64,000 nucleotides of DNA, from NCBI GenBank assembly GCA_004431415.1, contig QPMI01000439.1, positions 434,001 to 498,000 on the forward strand. Reading direction: 5' to 3'. Under the pieces are notes generated by a model. It was given only the letters and a program-made list of their open reading frames with translations. It was not told the origin of the DNA and did not search any database. The position numbers were made by a program, and so were the translations under genes. This stretch comes from Cyanophora paradoxa CCMP329 (taxonomy: Eukaryota > Plantae > Glaucophyta). Below are positions 13,804-28,800 of the stretch, piece after piece; positions within the stretch are counted from its first letter, which is position 1, and each line of letters starts with the position of its first letter.

Positions 13804-16800
13804 ATGCCGAGCTGGCGGCCCCCGGAGGCGGGAGCGGGCTCGCCCGCCGCGGTCAGTCAGAAAGCGCGACCGGAGCTGATGCGCTTCTTGCCGCGGTGAG
13901 CATGGATCGCGCAAAGCATGCAGAATGCGCCGTGCGACCTCTGACCTCCGCCGCAGCGCGGTTCTCTCGCAGCGACGCGCCCGGGAAGGCTTCGGCGTCG
14001 TCGTCTTGTTCGGTGCGCGCGCGCTGCCTTCTTGGCGTGCGGAAATCGCCTGAAACGTGTTCTCGCAGATGTGGCCGGCTTCTCCAGTGCGCCCCCGCGC
14101 GAGCGGGGCGATCCCGGACCCCGAGCGCGAGCTTACCCAAGCGCGCGCGCCCAGCGCTCTGCGAGCGGATGGGCGGCTCTGATGAGGAGATCGAGGGACT
14201 GTCCGCGGTGATTAACGATGTGTTCGGCGTCGAGATCGGTCTGGTGGAAGGTGCTCCGCTTCCGCACGGGCCGCTGCTCTCTTTCCCGCCCCGCTTGACA
14301 GCAGCGCCTTCGAATTCGCTGGGCAGAGTTCGACGGCGACGTCATCTCGTTCCTCGGGGACGGCCTTCTGGCCGCGTGGATGGTCGCCGGCGGCGAGGGC
14401 GAGTCCGAGCGCTCCGCCGCCGCCGCCTCGAAGGCCGTCCAGGCCCGTACCCCCCTCCCCTTCCCCCCCCGGCGCCGTGCTCACGTGACCTCATCCCGCA
14501 GTGCGCGCTCCGGGTACAGAACATCTTCGAATCGCGGCCCAGGTGCGTGACCTCCTTCCCCCCCCCTCCCCCCCTCCACTCTCTCTCTCGCTTACCGCTG
14601 CGCTTGGTCAGGTCCAGCGGCCGAGTGGAGATGCGGCTAAGGGCGGCGGTGGCCGCGGGCACTGTGCGCGAGTACCGCTGCGGGTCAGACGGCAGCGAAT
14701 TCCGGTCCGCGCGCCCGCTCGAATCCGGCCGGGTCCCTTTCATGTGCCCGCGTGCCCCAGGGACATTCGCGTCACGAGCCCGCAACACTCCTCGGTCCCC
14801 GGTTCGACTCCCGTCGCGGCCCTTTCGCCGCGGCCCCCGACTCCTTCGTTCCCAGGGCGATACGTTTACTTCATACGGAGCCCCGCGATTGGCGAGGCTG
14901 GGGCGGCCCTCTCGCAGCTCCACAGGGGCGAGACCGCACTGTACGCCCCCTGCCTTCGCCCCCCCCCCCCCCCGGGTACAGCCCTGGGGACAGGGCCGAC
15001 TGACTCCTTTTTTCCTTCTCGCCGGCAGCTGCGCCTCGGTGCTGCCCCATCTACCCCCCTCCTGCGTCTCCGTATCCCGGCGCCTCTCCCACATCGATTC
15101 CACTTCGTTCTCCGACACCAACACTTCGACGTCGCTGTCCACCGTCCGGCTCCCCACGCTCCAGCCGCCCAGCCCCGCCCGCGCGGCACCCCCCTCGCCC
15201 TCCCTCCCCCCCATTCGAAGCGCCCGATCCAGCCCTGCCCCGGGGCCCGTTGTGGCCCGGCCTGAAACCGCCGATCTCCTTGACTCTCACTCCGTCGGCG
15301 TCTTCATACCCCGCCAGCGTGCGCTGTACCCCCCTCCTTTTTCTCCCTTCGATTGATCTGGCCCCTGTACCCCCCCCCCCCTACAGAGCCCTCCCCGTCC
15401 AGGGGTGCCTCGTCCGATTCGCCCCTCCCCTGGACCGAGCTCGAGCTCTTCGGTGAACGGTACCCCCCCTTCGCGCCGCTCTGCCCTGACCTGTCTTTTC
15501 CGCCCCAGTGCCCTGCACCGTTCGGGACCGGTGGGAGGAGGACCCCATGGCGGGGGGTAGCCCCCTCACCACCCGCGCCAACGTTGACCTATCCCGCTTC
15601 AACTCTGAGGCGCGTACTCCTTTGGATTGGATTGGATCCCACTCCTGTCCCCCCGCACCACCATTCGGATTCATGTACCCCTTCCGACCCGCCACCGCAG
15701 TTCCGATCCGCGGCGGTCCTTTTTGCGGAGCTTCGCGGCCTCTCGCACGACCCCCCCGCCGTCCAGGTCCCGTACCCCTTCCTCGGATGTGGAAATGGGG
15801 CCCGGCCCGATTCGAACCGCAGGCGGCGGTCCTCGCGATGCAGCGCGCGCTGTACACGTGGAGCGGGTCCCTGCGGCAGATCACCTTCGACGACAAGGTT
15901 CGAACCCGCGCGGCGCCACTTTGCGCTCTGCCCGGGATTTGATCTCGTGTTCCCCCCAGGGGCTCGTTTTCATTGGCGTCTGGGGTCTCTGGCCCCTGTC
16001 CCACGAGGACGACCCCGCCCGCGCCGTCCTTTGCGGTGATTCCAGTACCCCCTTCTTCCCCCCCCCCTAAAGTAGCGTACGCCTCACCGTCTTTCGGCCG
16101 CAGCCGTCGAGCTGAAGAGGGCTCTGGCCGGGCTCGGCGTATCCGTCAGTATCGGGTGCGGGCGTACCCCGGCAAAGCTTTCTCCCCCCTCCCCCTCCGC
16201 TGACTCCGCCCCCGCGTCGCCGACAGGGCCGCCGCGGGTCTCGTCTTCTGCACCTACGGTACCCCTGTCCATCCCTTTCGAATTCGCCGAACCCCCGTTC
16301 CGACCCTATGGCCAGTCGGCAACGCATCGCGATGCGAGTTCTCCGTCTTCGGATCGGTCGTCAACAAAGCAGGCGAGCGGCACACGTACCCCCCTCGAGG
16401 CCGAGGGGGCGACCGCAGAGTACCGATTCGCCGTACCCCGCAGCGCGCCTGATGGCGAAGGCGGCTTCTGTGGAGGGACAGATCCTCGCCGACACGCGCT
16501 GCGCCGAGCTGGCGGGGTACGCCGCGATTCTCCTTCGAACCCCGTACCCCCTCGCCGATTCGAGGTTCCTATTTTTAGCCTCCGCGTGCCGATGGAGCTC
16601 GCCGGCAACTACACACTCAAGGGCTTCAAGGACTCGGTACCCCTCTCGAATTGATTCCACCCCGCATCCGAATTGATCTTCTCCCCCCCCCCCCCCCCCC
16701 CCCCACAGATCCCGGCGTTCCGTCTGCAGGCGGCGTCGAGCGGGCCGCCCCTGGGGCGGGCCGTGTCGGAGCGGAAGGGCAGCCTGTCGCGCCTCAGCTC

Positions 16801-19800
16801 CGCTGGGGACGGGACGGACGGGGAAGGGCCCCCGTCCCCGATCTCCCCGCTCAGCCTAAGCAATATCAACGGGCGCGGCTCGCCTATGGCTCTCGCGACG
16901 GGCGGCCGCGGCTCGCCCCCGCCGCTGCTCCGCCGCCCCTCCTCCGCCGGTGTCGGCGCCGGGGCCCGCGGCGCCGGCGCGCGCCCCGCGCGCCTGGCGG
17001 GGCGGGCGCTGGAGGCCGAGGCGGTGGGCGCCCTTGTGGCCTCCCTCTCTGACCCGACCGCGAAGCCCCGTGCGCCTCAATTGCAAGTTAAAGCTGGGCC
17101 TCTATGATTAAGCTTAAGCTTTATAGTTAGGCCTTTATATATAAATAATCTAGGCCTTTATAAGCTCCCCTTAGAGATAGGCCTCTATAATATAATCAAG
17201 CTTAAGCTTAGCAAGCTTGAGCCCCGACCCGACCCGACCCCGAAGCCGACCTCAAGCCGACCCGACCCCGAAGCCCCGTGCGCCCCGAGATAGCGCCGCC
17301 CTAAGCTTGAGCCTAAGCTTCGCAACCAAAGCGAAACAAGCAAACTTTTCGCAATAGCAGAAGCTCCGAAACTACCCATCCTCCTCGACCCTATCGCGAG
17401 CATTGGCTCTAAGTCCAGCTGCGAGCTCCTCTAACAAACAAACTCAACGGACGCAGAGGTGGCAAGGCAGGCGTCCATCTAGGCATAAGCGCCGCCTCGA
17501 TATATCGCATCGCATCGAGCTTAAGCTTATGCATCCAAATAACTAACTAACTAACTAACTAACGAACCCTCTCCTACTCCTAACGAACGAAGCCCATGCA
17601 TCCAACTGACTGACAAACGAACGGGCCGCCCCTCCGCAGAGGTGGCGGGACAGATGGGATCCCTGCTGGCGCGGCGCAACTCGGGGGCCTCCCCCCTCCT
17701 GCCGGGTCTCCGCTCTGTCTCCGTCGGCACCGCCGCCGGCACCGCCTCCGTGCGCGACGATCCTGAGAAGCATACATAGAATCCTAAGAGCTAAGAGAAT
17801 CCCAAGGCATAGAATCTCTTTAGAGGCGTACATAGAATCCCAAGAGAAGAGAATTACGTTCGATCTCGAAGGGCCACTGCCGCCCGCTCTCCTTCTCTTT
17901 CTTCGCCAATTCCTCATCTGAGATGTAATACCGTACCCCCGCTCGCTCGCTCGCTCGCTCGCCCAGATGCGCTCCGGGTCGACATCCGGAATGGCCAGTG
18001 CCGCCCGCTCCCCCTCTTCTTCTTCTTCTTCTTCGCCGTTATCTCATCTTCGCTCGCTCGCGCAGATGCGCTCCGGGTCGATATCCTCAGATGGCGGCGC
18101 CGGCGGCCTCATGAGCCTGGCCGCGGAGCGCGCCGTCGGCGGCCGCGGCTCTCCGTCCACTGAGCGAGGCGGCTCTCCGACGGGAGCGGCTGCGGCTGCG
18201 GCGGCGGCGCGGGCGGAGCGCGGCGACTCGCCGGCGGGGGACGCGCCCCTGATCGTTTTCGTGCAGGGCGGCGCCGGCTACGGTGCGCCCCCGCGGCCGC
18301 CTTTGCTGTCGGATCCGGATAGACAGATTCTATGCCATCTAGATCTACAAGCAGATTCTATGCCATCTAGATCTAGATGCATCCATGGATACTACAGATT
18401 CCACGTCTAGATCTACGAGCAGCCGAGTATCTACTGTGCCGTAGAACAACGGCCGCTCGCCTCGCCCTCCTAACAACGGCCGCCCGCCCCGCCCTAGATC
18501 CGCATGAAGCAGCCGTCTATCTAGTTATTTATACCAAGCGCCGTGGACCGCTTCATAGGACGCCTCGATGTTATTAAATATCGTTAACGTCTAGCAGCCG
18601 TCTATCAAGTTATTTACAAGCGCCGCTAACGGACGCCGGCGCCTCGATATCGCTGACGGCCGCGGCCGCCCGCCCGCCTCGCCTTGCAGGCAAGACCGCC
18701 CTGGCGACGCTGGCGGTGCGGCTCGCGCGGTCGGTGCGGGGCGGCCCCGTGGCGGCCGTCTCGCGGGCGAGCGAGACCAGCCGTGCCGCCCCCTTCCACG
18801 CCTTCCGCGGGCTGTTCGCCTCCCTCTTCCCCAACGGCGTCATCGACGTGCGCCCTAAAATAGAAATGTTAAGAGCAGAGAGTTTATTAATCACTAAGAG
18901 CTTAAGATAAAGACTTTGGCCGCGCCGCGCCCTTCCTCGCCTTCTAGAGGCGTCTTTAATTTGACGTGCGCCCCGAACGAGCTCTTGAGAGGCTCGGCGG
19001 AGCTTGAGAAGACCCCCCCCCCCCCCCCCCCTCTTTCCTGTTCCCCCCGCGCCCCCTCCGCTCACCGCACCGCCCACACGCGCAGATGAGCCCCTACGTG
19101 GAGCCGCGGGAGCTGCACCTCCTCCCCATCTTCGCCCGGGTGCGCACTATCGTTCTGGAGTGGCACCTGCGGCGGCTGGCTGCGCCGGGGTCGCGGCGCG
19201 CCTCTTGGAGGGGGCGGGTAGGGTACCGATTTGGTTCTCCGCCGCGGCTTCTTCGACTGCTTCTAGATCTCCCGCTAGATCTGCTTCTTCCAGGGGCGCT
19301 CGAGCCCTAGCCGACCCGATCGGGCCTGCTTCTAATTTGATCTGCCTCCAGGGGCGCTCGAGCCTAAGCCGTCATCCGGCTGACCTTCGGCCTCCGGCTC
19401 CCCGTTCGCAGCTCTTCAAGCTCCCCGGGGTACCCCACCACGACGGCCCGCGCCTCTCCATCGTCGGCGGCCCGGGGGACAACATTAATCCCCGCATGTC
19501 TCAGGTCCGTCCTTTCCGCCCCCGCGCGCGGCGTGAGCCGAGCCGCCTGCCTAGAATGGCCTCGTCATCTAACGTCGTAAAAGACAGGTCTTAGATCTTA
19601 GATATCTTAGATGGGCTTGAACCGACTAACAGGTCTTAGATCTTAGATACCACAACCTTCCATCCTGCCTTCCTCCCCCGGGTCCCACCTTACTACTAAG
19701 TTAGCCTCAGCCTCAGAGCACCCTGCCTAGATCTCCTCGCCCACTTTCTCCCGCTGGCCTAATTATATCAAACGAACCTCAGATCTTCTCCGGGACGCCC

Positions 19801-22800
19801 CTGGGCCTTGCGGACAACCGGCGCCTGTCCCAGGTCCTCGGCCTGGGCCCCCCGGCGGGCCCCGATACGGGGGGTACGCCGCCTATGTCGCCCGCCGCGC
19901 CGCTCTCGCCGTCGGCCGTGCTTCCCTTCTCGGGCGGGAGCCCGCCCTCCCTCCTCAACACGCCCCGAAACGACGCCCACGGCGCCCCGCGGTAACCCCC
20001 TCCTTTCCCCCCCCTTTCCCCGTTCCTTTCCTTTCTTGGCTGAGGGGTGCCCGTTGCAGGGGCGGGTGGGTCGGCGAGGCCGGCGGCCCCTCTCAGAGCG
20101 TCGCCGGCGGACCCGCGCTCCAGGTCCGCGTCACTCGCTTTCGGTGCAGCGGTTCCTCGAACCCGCTTTCGGCGCAGGGGTTCCTGGTGCGCATCCTCCT
20201 GCGCCGCGCCAAGGCCGGCGCGCTCCTCCTTGTCATCGAGGGTTCGAACCCGCCCCGCCCCGCCCCGCCCCGTACGACCGGTGCTGATCGCGCCCCGCTT
20301 CGATTCGTTCGCCGCAGACATGCACCAAGGCGACAGCCAGTCCTGGTGAGCGTGGGCGGCGCCGGCGCACCCTTCTGCCCCATCCCCCGTCCTTCTGACG
20401 CGCCCCGCCTCAGGTCTGCGCTGACGTCGCTGGCGGCGGCGCTGCCGTCGTCTCTCTCCGAGGGCGTGCGGCTGGGGCTGCTCGTGACCGCCCGCGGGGC
20501 CGACGACGACGTGGCCGCCCCGGGCTCCATCCGCGGTGCGATGGACCAACTCTCAGTCTCTATCTAGAGACCGCCTCGTACTAGAGCCGAGATGTCTCGA
20601 TCTTTGAGCCGGGGCGCTCGCGCTCGGGCGCTGACAGACGGGCTCGAGCTCCATGCGCGGTCTAGATCAAATCTAGATCTAATCTAATCAAATCTAGATC
20701 TGATCTAGCCAAGCCGATAGATCGATAGTCGATGAACCAGCTCTCCAAGATCTAGAGCCCGCCTCGGGCTGGCGCTCGGCCGCTGACCGCACGCGCGCAG
20801 GGACGCTGCTGCTGGCGTCGGCGTCCTCCGCCGAGCGGCTGGCGGGCCTGCCGCGCGCGCGGCGCATCGCCCTCGCGCCCCTCGCCGAGCCCGACACCGG
20901 CGCCCTCGTGCGCCCCCGCCCGCCCGCCCGCCCGCCCGCCCGTCCCATCCTTTCTCTCTTTCTATCTTTCTTTGCTTTCTTAGGCTAATTATCTATCTAT
21001 CTAAGCCAATTCAGGCTGCTCTAAGCCAATGAAGCAGTCTCTAAACGCACGGCTGGCCGCTCTGAACGAACGAACGAACGAACGAACGAACGTTGACGCA
21101 GATCCGGGCGGCGATCGGGGCGGGGGGCGTGGTGCCGAGCGCGCTGCGCGCCTTCGTCCACCAGCAGAGCGGCGGCGTCCCCGGCATCGCCGTCGACCTC
21201 ACCCGGTCCGCCCTTGTAATTTTTAGTTAAGCTAAGCTAAGCTAAGATGTGCGAAACGATAAAAGGAAATTATTAAGGCACGCAAACTAGAAGCGCCGGG
21301 CTCATGATCATTAGAACTCAAATAAAACCTCACCCGGTCCGCGGCTCATTACTCAAATCGAATCGAATTACTCAAACTAGAAGCGGCTCATTAGAATTCA
21401 TCCCGGCACCTTGCAAAGCTTAAGTTGCTACAAGCTGCTCTAAAGCTGCTCTAAGCCCTCCCCGGCATCGCCGCCGACCTCACCCGGTCCGCCATATATA
21501 TACGAACGAAATCGAATTACTCAAACTAGAAGCGGCTCATTAGAATTCATCCCGGCACCTTGCAAAGCTTAAGTTGCTACAAGCTGCTCTAAAGCTGCTC
21601 TAAGCCCTCCCCGGCATCGCCGTCGACCTCACCCGGTCCGCCCTTGTAATCTAGCTAAGCTAAGCTAAGCTAAGCTAAGCTAAGCTAAGCTAAGCTTTGC
21701 GAAACGATAAGTGGAAATTAATATATAAAAGGCACGCAAACTAGAAGCGGTCCATTAGAATTCAGGAGAGATGAGTAAAGAATTCCACCTCCCCCCGGTC
21801 CGGATCCGCCTTTTCGAGCGGCGGGGTCCCCGGCATCGCTGAGGACCTTATCGTGTAAGATAGATGGAAGAATGGGAATCAGTTAAACTCGTAATAGTTT
21901 GCACGTCGGTGTCGTTTCGTTCGACTTATGCCTTCGATTTTCGCCTCGCAGGGCGCTGCTGGAGCGGGGCGACATCGCCGTGGACGCCGGCGGCCGCTGC
22001 CTCCTCGTCCGCAGGCGCGCTTAACTAAGAGCTAGAAGCTAGCTAGGAGCTCCTAAGCTTTTATCCAAGCCTCTAAGCCCCATGAGCTCGAAGCTTGATC
22101 TACACGAGGCCGAGCCGGCGCTCTTACCGGCGGACCGCCCCCGCGATCGCTCGCAGCCTGCGGGAGGGGACGCGCAACGTGAGCGACGCCGTCCGCGCGG
22201 CCCTCTGCGAGCGCCTCGACCGCCTCTCCACCGCCCAGGCGCGCGCTTGTTGTTATGCATCATTCCCTGTAATAACTTTTCGTGTTTCCTCTTCTGTGAA
22301 TCTCCGTGGCACATCTTCTATGATCTATATGATTTCGAAATTCCCTGCTCTCTAGATCTCGATGCCCTTCTAAGACGTCTCACCTTAGTCCTCGACCGCC
22401 TCTCCACCGCCCAGGCCCGGTCTCTTTCGCTGACTGCTCCCCCCGCCCCCGCCGCCGCCGCCGCCGCAGATGCTGCTGCTGAAGCTCGCGAGCGTCGTCG
22501 GGTCCCACTTCACCGTTGTGCGCTCACTCAACCTGCCGCCTCTTTTATTAGAATCCGATTAGGATCTACTGGGAATCTATATATATATCTGGGAATCTAC
22601 TAAACTTTACTAAACCTACCGCCGTTTCACTAAATCTACCGCCGCGGAGCGCGCGGGGCGCGGCCGGCCGACGGCGCCGGCAGGGGGAGGTTGCGGCGAT
22701 TCACCCGGCCTGCGCGGGGGAGGGCGGCGGGGCCGAGGAGTGCGCACGGGACCTTGCCGCCGCGATCTACGCCGACCTCTCCGCGTGCGCGAGAATCTAT

Positions 22801-25800
22801 TGGAATCTATCTATTGGAATCTATTAGAATCTATTAGGCATCGGTCATTAGAATCTATTAGGAGGCGATCTCGCCGCCGCGATCTACGCCGACCTCTCCG
22901 CGTGCGCGTGCGCACCTCTGGAATTCGTCTCCCGCTCAGAATCCTGTAATTGTATTAGGGGCCCACCGGTCTCCTAATAAACGAATCGGTCTACTAATGA
23001 ACGAATGACGCGTCGCGCTCATCTCCGCCCCGCCCGCCCGCTGCGCAGGCTGGTGCCCCAAGGCATCCTCGCGGTGCCCGCGCCCCGCCCCGCCCCGCCC
23101 CGCCCCGCCCTTCGTTGCTTCCGTCTCAAAGGCGCCTGGCGACACCTTTGAGTGCCTTTTAGAGCCCGCCCCTCTCTGCCCTTCTCCCCCGCCTCCTCTG
23201 GGACCCTCGACCGGGTGGTGCGGGGCGGGCGCCTCTAAGATGCTAAGCTATACGCACCTTTAAGATGGACGCTGTGGAGCGGTTTTGCAAGGCCTGACCT
23301 GACGGGCGCCTGGCGGCGGCAGCGGGTGGTGCGGGGCGGGCGGCGGGTCTCCTTCTCGGACCGCGAGCGCGACCGGGACGAGGGCGTAAACTCGTCCAAG
23401 GGACCCGGAGGCTTCGGGGGGGAGGAGGAGGACGCGGAGGGGGAGGAGAAGGTGCGGGGGCCCGGGGCCGGGGCGGGGCCCAGGCCGGGACCTAGTCCGG
23501 GCGGGGGATGGAGCCTGGCGACGACGATATAGCTCTTTATAGTTAGACTTTTACCGCGCGTCGGCGTGACTTTATAGTTGAGGTTTACAGTTGGACGTGC
23601 TGCGCATCGCCGTCTTGCTTGCTCACCGGGCGACCCCGCATTTCGCAGGAGGAAGAGGAGACTGCCCGGGCGGCCGGCGCCGTGCGCACCGACCCCCGCC
23701 CCAGCCACCCGCCCACCCACCGCCGCTGGGTCTCGCGCCTCTAGCCAGCCAGCCCACTAGCGCCCGCCCGCCAGCGCCGTGCCGGACCTCCAGCTGAGCC
23801 TTACTGCGCTTAAGCCCAACTTGATTCCCGGGTCCCACCTCACGCGGCCTCGCTCGCGATCGTTCGAATTCGGCCCCGCAAGAGGCGGCGTTCCGCTTGG
23901 GCACAAGCCTAAGCCTAAGCCTAACTAACTAAGCCTAAGCCTAACTAACTGCTACTAGCGCCTACTAAGCCTAACTGCGCTGAAGCCTGGCTTGGCCCCG
24001 GGGTCCCACTGGTAACACTGCGCTCAAGCTTGACCGCCCTGCAGGAGGCTGCCTTCCGCTTCGGGCACAAGATGATGCGGGAGGTGACGTACGGCCTCCT
24101 CCCCGTGCCCCAGGCGCGCGCGTACCCCCCACCCCGCTTGCCGCGCCTCGCCCCGCCCGAGATCAAGCTTCCGACCCGCGTCCCTCTTGGCTGACCGTGC
24201 CCGCCCCTCCCCGCAGCGGCGGTCGCTGCACCGGGCCCTGGCGCACCTCTACGAGGTTCGCCAGCCCCTCGCAGCTCGCCGCGCCGCGCCGCGCCACGCC
24301 ACGCCTTGCGGCTCACCCTGGCGCCCGCTCTCCCGCCCGCCTTCAGACGCGGCTGAAGGATGCGGCGCGGGCCGGCGAGGGCGAGGGCGAGGGCCAGGGC
24401 GAGGGCGAGGGGGACGGGGAGGAGGACCTGGAATCCCTCTCCTGCATATCCCACCACCTCCTCCTCGGTGCCCGCCCGCCCGCCCGCCCGCCCGCCCGCC
24501 CCTTGCAGATTCCTAGAACACTTCTCGCGTTGTTCGCTTCTTTTAGACGTTAATCCGACCCCGGACGTCTCCGCGTGCGGTCCTGACCGGGCCCCCGTCC
24601 CTGCCTGTGCCCGGGCGGCCGCTCTTCAAGCCGAAAGCTCTTTAAGCTCTCTTTCCTATATATCCTGGTCCTGTTCTTGACCCGATCCTGGTCCTGACGC
24701 CTCCGTCGGCGATCGCGCGCAGCCGGGGAGAGCGAGCGGGCGGCGCCGTACCTCGAGCGCTCGGCGCGCCTCGCCGTCAAGTCCGGCGCCCACGTCGAGG
24801 TCCGCGCCGCATTAGACTGAGTTAAACTCTTGTTCTTTACGAGAGTCTCGTTCTTGGATAAGAACCTAATAATAAAGAGCTCGATTCCTATAAAAACTGA
24901 ATTCGAACCCGCTCGCTCACGCACGCCTCCGGCGGCGCCTCAGGCGCTGAGGCTGTACGAGGACCTGTGCGGGACGGGGGCGGCCCCCGCGGCGCGGCGG
25001 GCCGAGTGGACGCGCCGCCGCGCCCAGTCCCTCCACCTCATGGGGTGCGCCCACGCGCCGCCGACGCCGGCTTGCCGGCTAGCTAGAGAATCTAGCCAGA
25101 ATGCATAGCTACATCGCGGCCTCCCGCGAAGTCTCGATCCCGCGAAGTCAGACTCTGAGACGCGCCGCCCCGCGCCCCGCCCCGGCCCCGATCCCCTCTA
25201 TCCCCTCTAGATCCCCTCTAGATCTCGCCCTCAGACTCTGAGACGCTCCGCCCCGCCGCGGCCCGCAGGCTGTACCGGGAGGCGATGGCGGCGTGCCGCG
25301 CCGGCCTGCTCCTCCTCGACCGCCCCGTCCCCGCGTGCGCACGCCCCGCCAGCTCCCCCGCTAGATCTAGATCTAGACTAGGCGTCCATGGCACGCTCTA
25401 GATCCAAACTGGCGCGGTCTAGATCGCCCCGTCCCCGCGTGCGCACTCCCGCCCAGAAGGCACAGAACCTGTTGCACTCAGAAGCTAGCTAGCTTTACAA
25501 GCGCTCCAACTAACAAGCATCTAACTAACTAAAGAGCATCTGACTAACGAGCATCTTCCCCTGCCCTCCTCCTCTGCCCCGTAGCTCGAGGGCGGCGTCG
25601 ATGGCGCGGTTCGCGGTGCTGGCGGCGCGCCTCGCGGCGGCCACCACGCCCGACCCCTACCAGCTCGACAGGCCCGCCCCCGGCGACGACTCCCCGGTGC
25701 GCCCCGCGCCGTCTTCCGTAGCCATCGCGCCAATCTACCATCCTCGAGACGCCGCCCAGCGCCGCCCGCCCGAGAGCTTACGCTTTGTGTCCTGGCTAGC

Positions 25801-28800
25801 TGGCCTAGCTAAATATCATAGCATAGAAAGCAGCAGGTTATATCTATCTACCTACCGTCTTGAATACCGCCGCGACGGCTTCTTCTGATCTCTGACCTTC
25901 CTCCTCCTCGGGCGCAGGAGAAAGTGGCGTCGGAGGCGTCGCTGCTCTACGCGACCCTCGCCGCCTGCGGCGACCGGTGCGCCCCGCCCCGCCCGCCCAG
26001 GCGCGGGCGAAGGCGAAGGCGTGGCGGACGAAACATAGAGGCGAACCGGCATACAGAGGGGAGAGAAAAAGAGAGAGAGCGGCGCCCGCCCCGCCCCGCC
26101 CCGCACCGCCGCCGCGCAGAATAGAGCATAGTCCGAATGAGGGGAGAGAGTCGGACGTGAGCCATAGAGGGAAAGGGACACAGCCTGCTAAGCCCGGCAA
26201 AGGGAACCAGAGAGAGAACCCGCCCCGCCCCGCCGCTCACGCCCACGCCCCCGGCTGCTGACGCCGCCCGCGTGCTCTGCGCCGGCGCAGGACGAACGAG
26301 GACCGCTCCCTGATGGCCCTCTGCGCCGCCTCCGCCGTCCGCCCCGCCCCGCCCCGCCCCGCCCCGCCCCGCCCCGCCCTGACTTGCAGCACACTCTCTC
26401 TTAAAAATCCTGCCATGCGATATTCTAAAACTCTGCCATGCGATATTCTAAACTCAATATTCGCCCCGCCCCACCGCAACCGCCTTTCCCCGTCTCACAC
26501 CGGTTCGATGTGCAGGCGTGGGAGGCGCTGCGGGCGCCGACGCTGGGGCCCGCCCTCGCGTACGGCTCCGCCGTCTGGGTGCGCCGCTTCGACCGCGATT
26601 CTTCTGCCGCCCGATCTCGAATCTTGGATCGAATCTTGGATCGAATCTTGGACGCTGATTCCTTCCTCCCGCGCCACATCGATATCGCAGGCGGCGCTGT
26701 GCGCGATCATGCGCTGGGGCAAGCAGTCGGCGCGCTTCGCACAGGTCCCCCCCCCTCCCCCCCCCCCCCCCCCCATCCTCTTTCCCTTTGCATCTGATCC
26801 TCGCCCCTTCCCCTCGCCCCGCCCCGCCCCTCGGCCCGGCCCGCAGCTGTCGAAGAACTGCCTGACGCAGGTTGACCCCACCCCCCCACCCCCGCGCCAA
26901 GATAAGATAGGGGGCCCTTAGATAGGAGGCCGCCGCTCCGCCTAGGAGACCCGCCCCGTCCCCCGCACAGCGCTGCGTCTGGCCTCAGCGGCCGCCACTA
27001 GTACTCCCCCTGGGGCCTAAACCTACCTCCCTCCGCAGGTGGATCGCATCGACACGTACCTCGAGACTCTCCCGCACCTCGCCCAGGTCCACACTCCAGA
27101 CTCCAGACTCCGGACTCCAGACGATTAGAGCCAGTGATCATATCTCTAGATCTTATAGATCTTATAAGTCCCGCATCTAGATCTTATATAAGGATCTATA
27201 TAAGGGACTAGACCCCCCCGCACCTCGCCCAGGCCCGCCCCGCCTTCGATCCCGAATGTTCTTCGATCCCGAATGTTCTTCGATCCCGAATGTGTCTTCG
27301 ATCCCGAACGCGCAGGCGGAGCTCGCGGTGCAGGATTTCGCCCTGGTCCGCCCGTCTTGGCCCGGGCCCCTCCTCCGGCCCCGCCGCTTCCGATCTAATC
27401 TTCTCCTTCTCCTTCGTTCGCAGGCGGAGGTCTCGTGCCGGATGTGGCTCGAGATCGCCGAGCGCGCCGGCTCCCTCTCCGCACAGGCAACCTCCCCCCC
27501 CCCCCCCCCCCCCCCTCCCCGCCCCATAGCGAGGATAAAGAGCGGGCCCCTTAGCGCTCAGCGGCCCAAGTTTCTTGAACGGGCCCTAGGCCTAGAGATT
27601 CTTTGAGCTGAGAGGTCTTCGAGCGTCCGTCCCGACGCGCGCACGTAACCTCGCTCCCCCGGCTCGGCTAGTAGCCCAGAGAATTCTGGTAGAAACCTCT
27701 TAGGCGGACCGAAGCGTCGTTCTCTATATACCTATCTATCTATCCATCTACCTATCTATCTATCTATCTATCCATCTATTTATCTCCCTCGGTTCGTTTC
27801 GTAACCTAACACCGCCCCCTCTCTCCCCCGCCCCCGCCCCCACCCCTCTTGAACGGGCCCTTGTTCTTTCCTAGAGCTTCTTTTGAGCGCGTAACCAGAA
27901 TTTTAGAGCGCTCTCTATCTATCTATAGCTATCTACCTCCCTCAAGAGTCGTAACTTACGGTCGCCCTCTCCCCCCCCGCAGGTGGAGTGCGTGCACGCG
28001 CTGGTGCTGCTGCAGCGGCGGGGCGCCTGCGCCCGCGCCAGCGTCTGGCCGGGGGGGCCCGCCAAGATCGCCGCCCTCCTCCTCGTGCGCGCTCGCTCGC
28101 CGGCGCCGCATTACACACTTAAGTTTGACACGTAACGATATATAACAACAATAATGACATATTAGATGGCTTAAAATAAGAAAGGCTCCGGACGCCCTCC
28201 TTCCAGCCTCTGATATCAACTAACCGCGGCCCTCGCCATCCCCCCTCGCCCCTCGCCCCGTGCAGGGGGTCGGGGACGCGGCGTGGCGGACGGCGCGGCC
28301 GCTGCCGGAGCTGCACGCGACGCTCGCCGCCTCCCTCCTCGCCGACCTCCTCCTCCAGCAGGTACGATGCGAACCGAGGCTAATACCATGAGGCTAATAC
28401 CATACGTTGTGAGCCAAGCTAAAGTCTTATAAGCTAAGGAGGGCTCTAATTATAACCCGGCGATGCGAAGGGCAAGGGCAAAGGCCATACATGATAAGGA
28501 GGCCCAGGGCTCTAATTATGGGCCGAGGCCGAGGAGGACCTAGGCAACCAGAAAGAGAACCATAAAGTTCCGGACGCCGGAACTTCTACGGAACTTCTGG
28601 TTGCCTAGGTCCTCCTCGGCCTATGGGCGGAGGGCGAGGGCTCTGAGCCAAGGGCAAGGGCCACACATGCTAAGGGGCCTAGGCCTTAAGAACAACTAGA
28701 GAGAGAACCTATACGTTACAAAGGGCTCTGGGGGTGTTGCACGGCGCCCGCCCACTTCGGCCCCGCTCGCCTCTGCCCCTCTCTCCCCTCCCCCCCCTCC

